From contig CP075492.1 in assembly GCA_021613535.1 (NCBI GenBank), positions 4,216,001-4,280,000 on the forward strand: DNA of 64,000 nucleotides. The letters are read 5' to 3'. Positions within the stretch are counted from its first letter, which is position 1, and each line of letters starts with the position of its first letter. The stretch comes from Adineta vaga (taxonomy: Eukaryota > Animalia > Rotifera). Made by a program: the position numbers and the translations under genes. The notes below the pieces were generated by a model. The model searched no databases, had not been told where the DNA came from, and saw only the letters and a program-made list of their open reading frames with translations. Positions 13,891-26,637 of the stretch are shown here, one piece after another.

Positions 13891-14994
13891 TCATTCATAT
13901 TGTTTTAAACAAAATACAATCAAAATACTAATAGTAAAAGCATGAACTCTTAAAACAGTTCCTTTTATTCGTTGAGTATTTACAATAAGTTCTGGCATAA
14001 TATGTACTGTTGTAATATAAATAAACAAACCAGCTGTGAGTGGTAAAAATATGTGATATGATATTATACGTGTGATAATATTTGATTGAGATTGAAGATT
14101 AATCAAACAAATAATTAAACTCGTTAATCTTGTTAATAATTGATATCGCATTGCCTAAAATAAAAATTTCTAATAGATCAGAAATAATTCATTGAATCTC
14201 TTACCTTAGTAAAAGTCCATCCACAATAAATTAAAATAGTATACCCATAAAATACATGTAACACATCATAAATAATATTCGTTATCATCAGAGTTGAATC
14301 TTAATTAATAAATACAAGTTTTTTTATTTAATTACACGCATATCTTACCGAATATAGAGTTTTTCATCAAAATCGAAGAAAGCTTCAAATTATTTTTCAA
14401 TGTATATAAAATAGTCGATAATAAAAAGAGAATAGATACGATTGTATTGGATGATGTAGGATTTGTTTGACTTTCATGATTTCCTACACGATAAAGAAAA
14501 ACAAATAGAAAACTATTGATGAAAATAAAATACATACGTTGTAAATGTCGAAGATATTTTTCGATTACCAATGAAAGAAAAATTCCGATTAGAACGAATA
14601 AACCAGCACGATTATCATGTTGATTCGGTGTTTCCAATGAATTTTTATAGAAGAGGATGACATTGGGTAATATTCGAAGAAAAACATCAGCTATTAAACC
14701 ACCTGCTGTAAAACTTAGAAAAATTGGTAATATAGATTGGCATTGTCGAAGAATAATCATCAGTGGAATTAAGAGAAATATTGTTATCATAAGAATTAAA
14801 TGAAATAATAAAATGATACTATTATCGGATAATATTGAATCATTCATTGTATTGCCTTGTTGAGAATATCTATATGATGGTAATTCATGTGCATGTTCAT
14901 CTTGACGATATATGACTGAATTTGAATCAATGCTGCTTTTGATTGAAATGATAAACGTATTGAAAATTAGGAGAAAATTAAATGTACTAGCCAT
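13891..14994 (-). CDS. ZIP (SLC39A7/KE4-like) zinc transporter homologue, divergent
   Basis: Signal peptide, HAHELPSYRYSQ, FTAGGLIADVFLRILP, GLFVLIGIFLSLVIEKYLR, GWTFTKAMRYQLLT, PLTAGLFIYITTVHIMPEL. These match ZIP7-type motifs. Multi-exon. Confidence 0.78.
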
Positions 14995-15486
14995 GAATCT
15001 AAATAGATTGATGTCAAAGAAAAATAAGATCAATATTTTAGTCTAAATTCAAACAGTATGAAAAAGATAGCAAGACTATAACTGTTGCTATGATAATCAT
15101 GTAACGTACTTTTAATTTCTGAAAACAAGACAATAAAAATATAATCTTACCGAAATTCTTCATGACTAAAAACATCATATTTTTTATTTTATATTATCGG
15201 TCAGTTTGTATGTAACGTATATATGACAAATTTTTCATTCTTTACGAACACATATCGTTATCTACATGTTTTATATTTGCTTACTTATCAATTATCATAC
15301 TAGTCGTAGGATATACTTCTTCTGTTGAATTAATTAGACATACTGAACGTGAAAATATCACTTGATTTGAGTTCATCTCTCGATATTTGAACTCAAGATT
15401 CGAAATATCGTAGCAATATATTCAAATTTATGGTTTATTTCGAAAAGATTACGAATGTAATAGATATTTCTGTAGAAGGCCTTCAT

Positions 15487-15559
15487 GCCCGGCTAGCTCA
15501 GTCGGTAGAGCGTGAGACTCTTAATCTCAATGTCGTGGGTTCGACCCCCACGTTGGGCG
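15487..15559 (+). tRNA. tRNA-Lys, anticodon CTT
   Basis: GCCCGGCTAGCTCAGTCGGTAGAGC...TGAGA-CT-CTT-AA-TCTCA...GTGGGTTCGACCCCCACGTTGGGCG, 73 nt, with A and B boxes and a downstream T-run (Pol III terminator). Confidence 0.96.
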
Positions 15560-16066
15560 TATTTTTTTCTCTTCATTTTTGTCAATAAATTTTCATGAAG
15601 TGTATTATATCGATTACTGTCTATTCTTTAAACGACATAATGACTTTACTTTACATATATATATATATAATGGTAACAGCTGATCACGAACATGTGACGC
15701 AATACGATTTAAATGACATTTGTAGTAGTATTAGATTTTACATTTGAGACAATGAAATACGATCAGATACTCAAAACATAGAGAATTTCAAATGATTCTA
15801 TGCTATCTGAATAGCATGAATCTATCTATATGTATTTGTATTTGTATAAGTATGTATACTAGCGCACTCCAAGCAGCAATCTTATTATTTGCTAAAAACT
15901 ATCCATACGATGAATTCATCCGAACTGATCGAAAAAAAATATTAATAAGTTAAGTGCATTTTTTTGCATCATTAGAGAGTAAGTTTCATCAGCGAAAACA
16001 TACGTATAAAAGGCGACCAAAGAACACTTTTTAAGCGTATTTTCGATATAATCATTCGATGAAAAC

Positions 16067-17758
16067 ATGTTGCTTTCTCTTATCCTTCTTACAATAGCAA
16101 TTTGTTTAATAGTTGCTTATTTATGGAATCTCAAATCTAAATATGAATATTTCAAAAAACATGGCCTTACAGGTCCGCCACCGGTCTTTTTATTTGGTCA
16201 TTATTTAACTTTTTGGTCAACACATTGTTATTCACGAGAATTAGAAAAATGGACAAAACAATATGGTTCAATTTATGGATTATTTGAAGGTTCTCGTCCA
16301 ATGTATGTTGTTTCTGATGTAGATTTTTTACATGAAGTTTATATCAAACAATTTGCATCGTTTCATTCTCGTCGTGTTCCATTCATAATGAGACAATCTG
16401 GTAATCGGAGTACGCATTTACTAGCAGCTCATGGTGCTAGATGGCGTCGACAACGACATGTAATCAATCCAACATTTTCCACAGCAAAACTGAAATTAAT
16501 GTCACCATTAGTTCAACTTTATATACAAAATTTAATGAATAAATTAGAAGATTTTTCGGAAAAAAAAGAAGAATTCAATATTTATGATTTGTATAAAAGA
16601 TTAACCATGGACGTAATATGTAAACTATATTTTCTTAAAATCTTTGTACATTTTAATAGTTAAGTATCATTTTAGGTCGATGTGCATTTGGTATTGAAAG
16701 TGACATGCAGAATGATGTTAATAATATGTTTTTACGTAAAGCTCAATTGACAATTGATTTAAATCCAGAAAATTTATCGATTATTAAGTTTGGAAATTTA
16801 TTTCCATTTATGATTCCTTTTGTTATGATGTTCTTGATCTGTCAAATGATGTTTATTTATACCTTTCGAAAAATAGCACCTGCTTGGTTTCTACCTCAAC
16901 TTGAAGAACTTGCTCCATTTTGGATCATTAATCGTGCTGATCAAGTTATTAATTCAAGAACATCAACAAAGTTAAATCCAAATCAAACACATCCAGTCGA
17001 TCTTCTTCAATTGATGATCGATGCATCAACTAAAGACTCAATCAAAGTTCGTTATTTAACTATGATATTGCTTAAGTTTCTTTGATAATATACTTTTCTT
17101 CTAGGATAACGAAGATGAGCCAGTGGAATCAAAGAAATTACGTCAAGATGAAATTAGTGTAAATGTATTTTTATTTATGATTGCTGGTTATGAAACAACA
17201 TCAACTGCACTTGCATCATCAACATATATCTTAGCAACAAAACCAGATATTCAAGATAAACTTCGAGCTGAAATTGATGAACAAGAATGGAATGATGATA
17301 ATCAAATAAATTATGATATTGTCATGAATATGACTTATATGGATCTATTTGTTCGAGAAGTTCTTCGAATGTATCCAGTAAGTACAACGGCAATGACAAG
17401 AGAATGTAATAATACAACTGATATTTGTGGTCATCGAATAGAAAAAGGAACTGTTATTCAACCAGATGTATATACTATTCATTTTGATTCAAATTTATGG
17501 GGTCCTGAAGATACACATGTATTTTATCCTGAACGTCATTTAACAAAACGACATCCAGCTGCTTTTATGCCGTTTGGTATAGGTCCAAGAAATTGTGTTG
17601 GTATGCGATTTGCATTGATGGAATTAAAAATGTGTTTAGCAAAATTACTTCGACAATTTATTATATTACCTGGTGAGAAGATTGAAGAAGGTTTTAAACA
17701 TGATGAAACACTTGTTATTCGTCCAAATGGAATGTATGTGAAATTGGAAAAACGTTAA
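16067..17758 (+). CDS. Cytochrome P450, clan 3, 3 exons
   Basis: N-terminal membrane anchor and GPPP hinge, WRRQR, AGYETT, EVLR, PERH and heme motif FGIGPRNCVG. Confidence 0.95.
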
Positions 17759-18981
17759 ACTCATATTCACTTACTTTTATTTTTATGCAAAGCTTTCATA
17801 GTATGACATTTCTTCTTTTTCTGTACCTTTCTAGACATTAGTGACAATTAGTTTTTGTAAAATGAAATAAATGACATTATAAACAGAATTTTGATATTAT
17901 TGATTCTGACAACAGTTAGATTTTCTAAATTACAATCAGTATAGATTGTAAACTATGAGTAAATTTACCTTTTATTGATTTACTGAAAACCAAAACCAAA
18001 ACACACGCTTATAGTGACATTGGAAAAATCTAGTAAAACATTTTTAAGCTGGAATTATCTTTTGTTTGATGAAATATCTTTCTTTCTTTTTTGTATTGAT
18101 AGTATTTAGCGATCACCTGTTTTCGGAAATAAAAAGAATATAGTCCACAACTTCATCAAAGATCTCATGAAAAGAAAACGAAATGATCATTATATACTCT
18201 CAGGTCAATCAAGTTCGACCAGGCCCTGTCGTTCCTAAATAATTTCATCGAAATCTTAACTAACAGATTCCGATGTATTCTTTTAACAAAGATTGTTTTA
18301 CATGGACTTATAACCTTGCAATGGCTAAGAAAATGTTACGGAAGAAAGATATTATGTTTTTTTTTAACTTTGTTTTTAAGAACGAAGAAATTGTTTTTTG
18401 AATTATAATGTATTTGTTTGACCTGATGTAACTGTGAAAAGTTCCGTACAACTTCTGATTTAGAATCAAATAGTTTGCTGTTGCTAATCAAATTATACGT
18501 TTCTCTTCTTCTTCTTCAATAACTTTGATATTAACATGACTGCTATTTATACTAATTCATTTTCACAGATTTAAACTATTTCAATAATCATTTCATTCAA
18601 GTAGTTGATAAAGATATTGTAAGAGAGAGAGAGAGAAGTCGTTAGATATCGTTGTAGAAGAATTACAGAGGATTGCATCGATTTTTCTATCGGTCAATAT
18701 AGATTCACCAATAGAAATCAATTTTCATATGCACATCAATTTTTCGTATTTGAAATCTTTTTATTCTCGAATATTCAACATAGTTGAAAAATTCTACATT
18801 CAATTAATCGATTAAATCCTCATGTTTGTAGATGATACGCATCAGTGTAATCATCATGTCTAATATAAAAGTACTCAAAACTTATTCATCTTATGCTCTA
18901 TGTCGATTAACAATCTCTTCGATGTATCACAGGTAAACCAACTGAATCTTAAAATTTCCTTTTAAATTTGTTAACTTTAGA

Positions 18982-19833
18982 ATGATGTCTACGAATGTTA
19001 AACATGATACATTATCTGTATGCACATTTAATGTGCTTGCACCATGTTATAAACGTTTATCGTCGGAAATTGATCGTGAAAGTGCTTATGATACAATGTG
19101 GCAAGCTCGTCATTTATCAATAATTAAACTTCTTCAATCTCTTAATATTAATCTGATTTGTTTACAAGAATTTTGGTTAAAAAATCCATTATTTGCTCAA
19201 TTATATACATCTAATCTATCATCGAAATATTCCTTTTATACACTTCAACGAACTAGTTCACTCGATGATGGTTTAGCTATTCTAGTCGATACAAATCATT
19301 TACAAGTAATAGATAAATGTGAATTTAAATTAAATGATGTTGGAAATCGTGTTGGATTGTTACTTCATTTAAAATTTCAAGAGAAAAATTTACTTTTATT
19401 CAATATTCATTTAACATTTCCACATTATCGATTTGAACGTCGAGTACGAATAAAACAAATCAAAAAATTTCTTGATCTATTAAATGAATATCAAAAATCA
19501 AAAAATCTTTTCAATCAATGTTCAATTATTTTCTGTGGAGATTTTAATTCGTCATATCATCATGATCATGTTTATCAATTAATCGAAAACAATCAATTTC
19601 AATCATCTTATCGAGTTATTCATGGAACAGAACCAAATGTTACTCATCTAACACATCGAAAAGAACAATTAGGAGTTGATTTTATTTTTTATAAATCTGA
19701 TTTTTTGCAACCTATTTCAAGTGAATTAATACCACGTGGTTGTAATCATATGAAATGGCATGATCAAAGTGGATGGAACTTAAGTGATCATCGAGCTATT
19801 CTCACTACTTTTCAATCGATTAATAAAGAATAG
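18982..19833 (+). CDS. Endonuclease/exonuclease/phosphatase (EEP) family hydrolase, intronless
   Basis: TFNVLAP, ICLQE, NIHL, GDFNS, VDFIFY and SDH catalytic motifs. Confidence 0.88.
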   Translation: MMSTNVKHDTLSVCTFNVLAPCYKRLSSEIDRESAYDTMWQARHLSIIKLLQSLNINLICLQEFWLKNPLFAQLYTSNLSSKYSFYTLQRTSSLDDGLAILVDTNHLQVIDKCEFKLNDVGNRVGLLLHLKFQEKNLLLFNIHLTFPHYRFERRVRIKQIKKFLDLLNEYQKSKNLFNQCSIIFCGDFNSSYHHDHVYQLIENNQFQSSYRVIHGTEPNVTHLTHRKEQLGVDFIFYKSDFLQPISSELIPRGCNHMKWHDQSGWNLSDHRAILTTFQSINKE

Positions 19834-20063
19834 AACTTGATTCTTTCCTTTTTCAAAAAAATAAATCAATTGATTGAACATTAATCGAAATTTCTCATCT
19901 TTTTTCATAAACGATATTCAGACAAACTGAACGAGATGAGTTTAAAGAGAGAAAACAAAACCGCTTTTTCTGTCTTAAAATATTGAAAAATAACAAAACA
20001 GCGCTAAATCTTTCAATTTCTCTCATTCGTTCATCTTCTTTATTTTTCTTAAACTTTTTTCTC

Positions 20064-20507
20064 ATGTTACGTAATAATAATTATCAACAAATATCAGAAA
20101 AATCTTCTTCAATTCCATCATCAACAAAAGAATTTCTTCGTTCTCAACAAAAAGATATTGTTTGTACAGATTGTGGTGGTATATCTACAACTAAAGTTCA
20201 ACAATTATTATCATCATTAGACGATACAGCACCATTGTCAACAAATACAATTCCGAATCCCATAAGATCTCGTCGAATTTATCGAAAACAACCTAATCGA
20301 TCAATTTCAACAAATAAAAAGAAGAAGAAGAATTCTGCACGTAATAACAGTCAAAAGAGTTCTCTTCGTCGGAATATGAAAAAGAAAAGTCCACCAAAAC
20401 AACGTAAATCAAGTAAGAAATCTAATCGATCATCATTAACATCTCGAAATAATAATAATACCAACAAAAATCGATTCAAATCCAAACGAAACAATTCAAA
20501 AAACTGA
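20064..20507 (+). CDS. Small Lys/Arg/Ser-rich basic protein of unknown function
   Basis: Single-exon ORF from ATG 20064. C-terminal half strongly K/R/S/N-rich; CTDC motif; AATAAA overlapping the stop. Confidence 0.55.
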   Translation: MLRNNNYQQISEKSSSIPSSTKEFLRSQQKDIVCTDCGGISTTKVQQLLSSLDDTAPLSTNTIPNPIRSRRIYRKQPNRSISTNKKKKKNSARNNSQKSSLRRNMKKKSPPKQRKSSKKSNRSSLTSRNNNNTNKNRFKSKRNNSKN

Positions 20508-21220
20508 ATAAATAGTTTCATACTTTTTGATTTATCTTATTTTTTCAAATTTAGTTTAATTAAAATCGAAAATATTATTTCAAAAGAAAAATATCATGAC
20601 TAGAAGAATGAAAAAGCGTAGTTTTGTAAATAATCCTACGCTTTCAATAAGTCATCATAATAGAAACAGAGTTTTATTTTACGAATGTATACACTCGACA
20701 TGACCTAATAGGTAAAAAATATGTCACATTTTCACATTGAATTTTTTGTCATAAACTAAAGAGAAATTTCATTTCAAACAAAAACTCCTTCAAATGAATA
20801 TATCGAATGTCTATTAGTAATTTGTCGGTCATATAATCGAAACCTTGACTTTATTATGCTTCTTGCATTATAATTATATTTCTTTTCGTTTACGTCACTG
20901 AAAAAAAACCGATCCACGAAAGAAAAATTCGTCAATTTTACTGCTTTTTCAAACAAAATAAAACAACACCTTCGTTCGTACAAGCGCATGACGTATTTGT
21001 TTCTATGATGAATGAATAAAAAATATATCTAATTTATAAAAGTTTTTTGGCATTGTAGTGCTTTATTTTCATAGTAAGATAGAAAGAAAGAAAAGAACAT
21101 TATTCAGACATGACTTTATAAGGAATTATATCTTTGTGAGCAGAAAGAAAATTTTTATTTTTTGTTCAACTTTTTTTTTGTGTTGTAAATTAGTAAAATA
21201 AATAACATAGAATTTTGTGA

Positions 21221-21982
21221 TTAGTATTGGCCACCTTGAGGATATCGAGCTTCCGGTGCACTTGGTTTTGGTTGATAACCGTATCCTGGTTGTTGATTAT
21301 TGTGTGGATAAGCTGGTTGTGGTGCAGAATAATTATTCTGAAACGTACTTGGTGCTATTTTTGATGCTTTATTTCTTGATACCAAATAAACGATCAAATA
21401 TACAATGCAAAGAATCAAACATAATGCTCCAACACTTAATTGAATAATTTGAAAGAGAAATTTTGCTTGTGTTTCAGTATAGGATGAGAATGGACTAAGT
21501 CTTCTGAAAACAGTAAAGAAAGCGTCTCTAAAATAATAACTAAACATTGTTGTTGATGCAGCATAAGTTGAACAACTTGGTGTTAAAATACATGTTGTTG
21601 GTATAGCAATAAAAACGGCATCAAATGATATTAATGCAGTACAAGCAACAATTGCAATGATTGTTATAATGAATACAACGAGACCAACTGTAGGACTAGG
21701 TGCACAACATCCTAAATTTCATACAGTTTAAAAGATGAAAATATTTTCTTCAAAACTAAAACAAAAAAACTCACCAACAACAAATAATGAAAGAAAATGA
21801 ATGATCATCACACATCCACACCAACCACCAGCAAATACATTTGTTACCCAAAAATTACTTCCTACATTACCCAATTCCGTAATGAAAAGAACAGCAACAC
21901 AGATCAATTCAATAACTCCCATTACGATTGGTAACCATCTGGGAAAGACTTGTCGAAAATTTAGACTCGTTGGACCTGCCAT
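21221..21982 (-). CDS. Four-transmembrane protein (MS4A/CD20-like topology) with Pro/Tyr/Gln tail, 3 exons
   Basis: Four hydrophobic segments, WVTNVFAGGWCG, Cys pair in the second loop, and a C-terminal PQPAYP...PSAP tail. Confidence 0.65.
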
Positions 21983-23492
21983 AGTTTATTGTGAAGAAAT
22001 TTCTTTCTAACTGTTTCTTATTTTCAATATATTCAAGTGAAAATATAAACCTGACATTATGCTATTACTTCAAAATGCTTTCTTTTCTTATTTCTCTCTC
22101 TTTCTCTCTCTTTTTCTCATTACTCTTTCATTTCAATAGAATTAAGTAGAAATATGCCGAAAGAGAAAAGAACGAAGTAAAACTCGTCCGTTTCTTTTTT
22201 ACTTTATGACAAAAGAAAATTTTTTAACTAGAATAAGTAACGAATTGAAGCAATTATATTTCATTTCCCGTTGATAAGTTATTCTTTAGTCATAAAAAGA
22301 AGAAAAAGAAAATCGATTCTATTTGATTTCTTAAGAGTAGAAATTACCAATACAAATAAGAAGTATATGACGCGCATATGATCCATCGTTCTATTTTCAA
22401 ATGCAAATGAAATAATCTGTTTTGATTAACTAAAATAGAGAAAATCTCATGTTTTAAGAAAAATAATTTTCTCTCCAACTATGTTTTATTTCTTCATAGT
22501 TAATGAAAGCGAAATGAAGTAGAATGAAGATCGTTTTCTAACACAATATGAAATAACGTTTGCGATATAATAAAGGTATCAATCGATCATAAGTGTTGCA
22601 TCTGTACTTTATCAATGTATCTAAGAAACGAGAGCTGTAGTCGAACAATTACAAAAATAAAAAATTTCATTACTAAAAGAAAATTTTCTAATTAATTTTT
22701 AATGTTCATTCTTTTGAATTCTAATTAGCAGATGTTGGTACTTTACTCTTCAATAATTCATCCATTTTTTTTCTCGGAAAAAGTACTGAGAAGTCGTTTT
22801 CTTTTATTTCTTTGAATATGACTTGAATCAATATTTTCCTTTCTCTTAATCAACCAAAAGACATAGATGTCTCAAGCATTGTACAAAGTTTTTTGTAGAA
22901 ACAAATTGATTATGAATCATCGAATCTACTTGAAAATTATTATGCAAAAGTGCATGTTTCGAATGAAACTGTCATTTACATTGAATATGACACTTTTCTT
23001 CGTATATTTTTAAAAGATTGTATTATTTATTCTGACAATTTAACGATCTTTTCTTTCTAAATGAGTTTCTAATGTCTACGAGAATATTCCATTGTTTTAT
23101 TTTTCTTCTCTTGAAAATGTAATTTCGACGAAGAGAGATGATTATTAGAATACGTTCGTTACTTTTCAAATGAACAAAGTAAGAAGTACCCTATGAAAGA
23201 TACTTTGAAAAATTAATTTCCTTAAAAGAAAACTGTTGAAAATGTCGATCATACATGTATGACTTTTTGTTTTTAGAAAATAAACGACAAGAACATCGTG
23301 CATTCGAGAAATTCTTGTCAAAGATTTTGAAAGCCGATTGATGTTGATAACTTAGTTCTTTTCTTTATTATCAACAAACTAAATTTAGATAAAGTACGAA
23401 TAAATAAAAAGAGTACTGATAAAGTTACGAATATAAAAAGAAACTAAAGAATATAAATCTTTGTAATTTATTTTGAAATAAAGACTTATACA

Positions 23493-26200
23493 ATGTCTAG
23501 TTTTTATCAATTCAGTGCTTTGTGTATATTTCTTCTGTATTCATATGTTAATGCATGATTACCATGTCCTTTCGATGTTCGTATTGATCATCATAAGATT
23601 GAAACGACGAAAGATTTAGTTATTAATACACCACGATCTCGATTTTCTTGGAAAATTCATCATTTGAACGATGTCTTTCAACGAAATATACAACAAACGG
23701 CGTATCAAATGCAACCTCAATCGATAAAATTAACTGAAAAAGAAAAACCATTTCAATGGGATAGTAAACGTATTTTATCGTCACAATCGATTCATGTTGC
23801 ATATCCAAATGAAAAGAATCTTTTACCATCAACATATTATCGTTTTCGTCTACGAATTTGGACAACGAATGTCATGGAAGCAAGTGAATGGACTGATTGG
23901 ATTGAATTTCGGGCTCCGATATTTGATTTACATGAATATATAATGAATGAAAATGATCTTCAATGGATTGGTTCAAGAAAAATTAATATGAATGAATTGA
24001 GAAAAGAATTTACTATACCAAATACAAGTCCTATAAAGTCAGCAGTTACTTATATATCTGGTTTAGGTTATTATGAATTCTATTTAAATGGAAATAAAGT
24101 TGATTCAAGTCGAAAATTAGATCCGGGTTGAACGACTTATGAATTTCGTACTCTACTTATTTCTTTTGATATAACTGAAAATATTACGGTAACAAATTAT
24201 ATTTCGTCTTGATCTTTCTCAATTAAGTTTTATCTATTTAGATTGGTATAAATGCGATTGGAGTTAAATTAGGTAACGGATGGTATAGTCAAGAACAACA
24301 TGGTGAATCATGTGTGTTTGATTTTGAAATGAGTTTTTACTTGGTAATTTTAGGTCCACCACGTCTTCTTTTCGTATTATTTATTAAATTTATGAATGGT
24401 AATGAAATAATAGTTGGTAGCGATCAAACATGGACAGGTCGAGAAGGTTCAACTAAACATGATAGTATTTATAATGGTGAATTTTATGATAGTCGAAACG
24501 ATCGTTCAAATTGGGCTCGACCAGGATTCAATGATTCTTTATCAGCTTGGATTATGCCGGATTTGATGCCATCACCGGCGAATATATCACGTAGTGACAT
24601 TATTGTTCTTTAAAATATGCCACCAATTCGAGCTGGAAATGATGCTTTACATTTTGAAGTATTGACTGATAAACAACAACAACAACAACAGAGTTATTTG
24701 AAAATAGAAGACATTGGAGAAATCAAAGGTGCTCAATTAACTGATGGTGGAGTACTGAAACCAGTTAATATGTGGTCATCTGATCCAGGTTGATATTTTT
24801 TGTGCTTTATAAATAAAATAATTCTTCCTCTTCGAATAGGTCTTTTAATATTTGATTTGGGTCAAAATATGGCTGGATGGTGTCGTATAAAATTTCATGG
24901 TCCTTCTGGTTATGGTGTTTATATTCGTCATGGTGAAGTACTTATCCTACCAGATATAGCTCATAAGTAGAATCTGACGAGTTTTATTTCGAATCAACTA
25001 AATTATAAATCTTTTGTTATAGTCGTTCAGCTCGGAATACCTACACAGAAAATCTTCGTGCTACTACAGCATCAGATACATATCTTCTTCGTGGTGATCC
25101 TGTTAGCGAAATTTATGAACCAACGTGGTATTTCTTTGTTTTTTCTTCATATCATTGAGTAGTATGAATTATTTTATAGATTTACAGTTCATGGCTTTCG
25201 TTATCTATCTATTTTTGGACAACCAAATGCATTAACTAAAGATGATGTTGAATGTCCATTTGTACATAGTGAAACAACATTGAAAGGTCATTTTACAACA
25301 AATAATCCTGTTGTCAATCAAATTCAACATAACATTCAATGGGGACAATTGAGTAATATTATGTCTTTACCAACAGATTGAGGACCCACATCCATCCTCA
25401 AATTTCATCATGTTTTCTTTAATTCTTCTATCAATTCGTATGCAGATGGTATGCAAGCGGCACAAGTACTTGCTCTTGCATTACCAGGTGTCGTACTTGC
25501 GAATGTGCGATCTGCCGTACTCAATCAGTTGGTTACAAATATCAGACAAAATGAAAATCATGTAACAACAGGTATTGTATCTACAGCTCAAATCTATCCA
25601 GTTCTTTCTGATAATAGATATCATGATTTGGCACTTGAATTAATATCTTCAATAAGTTATCCATCATATGGTTATATGTTTACAAATCCCTATGAAAATG
25701 CAACGACTATTTGGGAACTTTGGAATGCACCACTAACAGGACCTAGTATGAATTCTCGTAATCATATTATGTATGGTAGTTTTGGTGCATGGTTTTATTC
25801 ATATCTAGCTGGTATTCATCTTTCATCGAATATACTTACTATCCGACCTCGCATGGCTTCAGAAACGAAGAAACATCTGATGTCAAAATTAGATTGTCAA
25901 TTGAGCACATTACATGGCCTCGTACATATTTCCTATACACGCGATGAGCATGATACTATTTCGAAACCCATTTTACTTCGTGTGACAATACCACCGAATG
26001 TACAAGCTCGTGTCGTATTTGAACCATTCTTTCATAGTGCATAATGCCAAATGGTGATTGAAAATGAGAAAATGATTTGGTCATCGAATACCGGTGCAAT
26101 GAATATAGAAAGATTGTCTGTTGTAAAAGATTCATCCACTGGTTTGATGACAGTATTTGTAGGTTCAGGTCATTACGAATCTCAAGCAGTATGGCAATAG
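23493..26200 (+). pseudogene. Alpha-L-rhamnosidase (GH78) pseudogene with introns
   Basis: Motifs RFSWK, YISGLGYYE, LDPG*TTY, GNGWY, SIYNGEFYDSR, FDLGQNMAGW, FTVHGFRY, MSLPTD, ATTIWELWN, SRNHIMYG. In-frame stops at 23556, 24129, 24611 and 26042. Internal deletion at about 25380. Confidence 0.88.
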
Positions 26201-26637
26201 AAACTGGTATTTTAATAACATCCATCAAATTTCTATATGTGTGCATATCATTATGTTTTTTTTAATTTTCTTGTAGTTGATAGAACTTTATCTGTTCAAT
26301 TAAGAAAACAGTTTCATTATGAGCACTTTTTCCTTTTATAAACATTATCCGAATACACACAAACCTATCTGTAGATACAGGCAACTCGTGTCTCTATGTA
26401 TACCTTTCAATATTCATGTTCGAGTCTAGTGGAAATCACAACTTTCATAAGATGGTTTACCAGAAAGAATACGATCTTTCTTGCTTTTAGGATATCTCGA
26501 AAGCTCAGAAAAGATTTCTTAAAAAGATTTTGAACATATCAACAAGGTCAGTAATATTTATATTGGAATAGAACGAAGTTCTTAGAAACTACATGTAAAT
26601 GATAAGATCAGAATATTTATCAAATTAGTTCTATACT

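Noticed and set aside
18200-18426. Short inverted repeat TCAGGTCAA(T/A)CAA about 225 bp apart
   Set aside because: Too short and without a clear target-site duplication to call a MITE.
23556-26044. TGA at a conserved Trp (DPG*T) in GH78, suggesting recoding or an alternative genetic code
   Set aside because: The same gene has TAA stops and a catalytic-region deletion, and neighbouring genes use TGG for Trp and TGA as stop. This is pseudogenisation.
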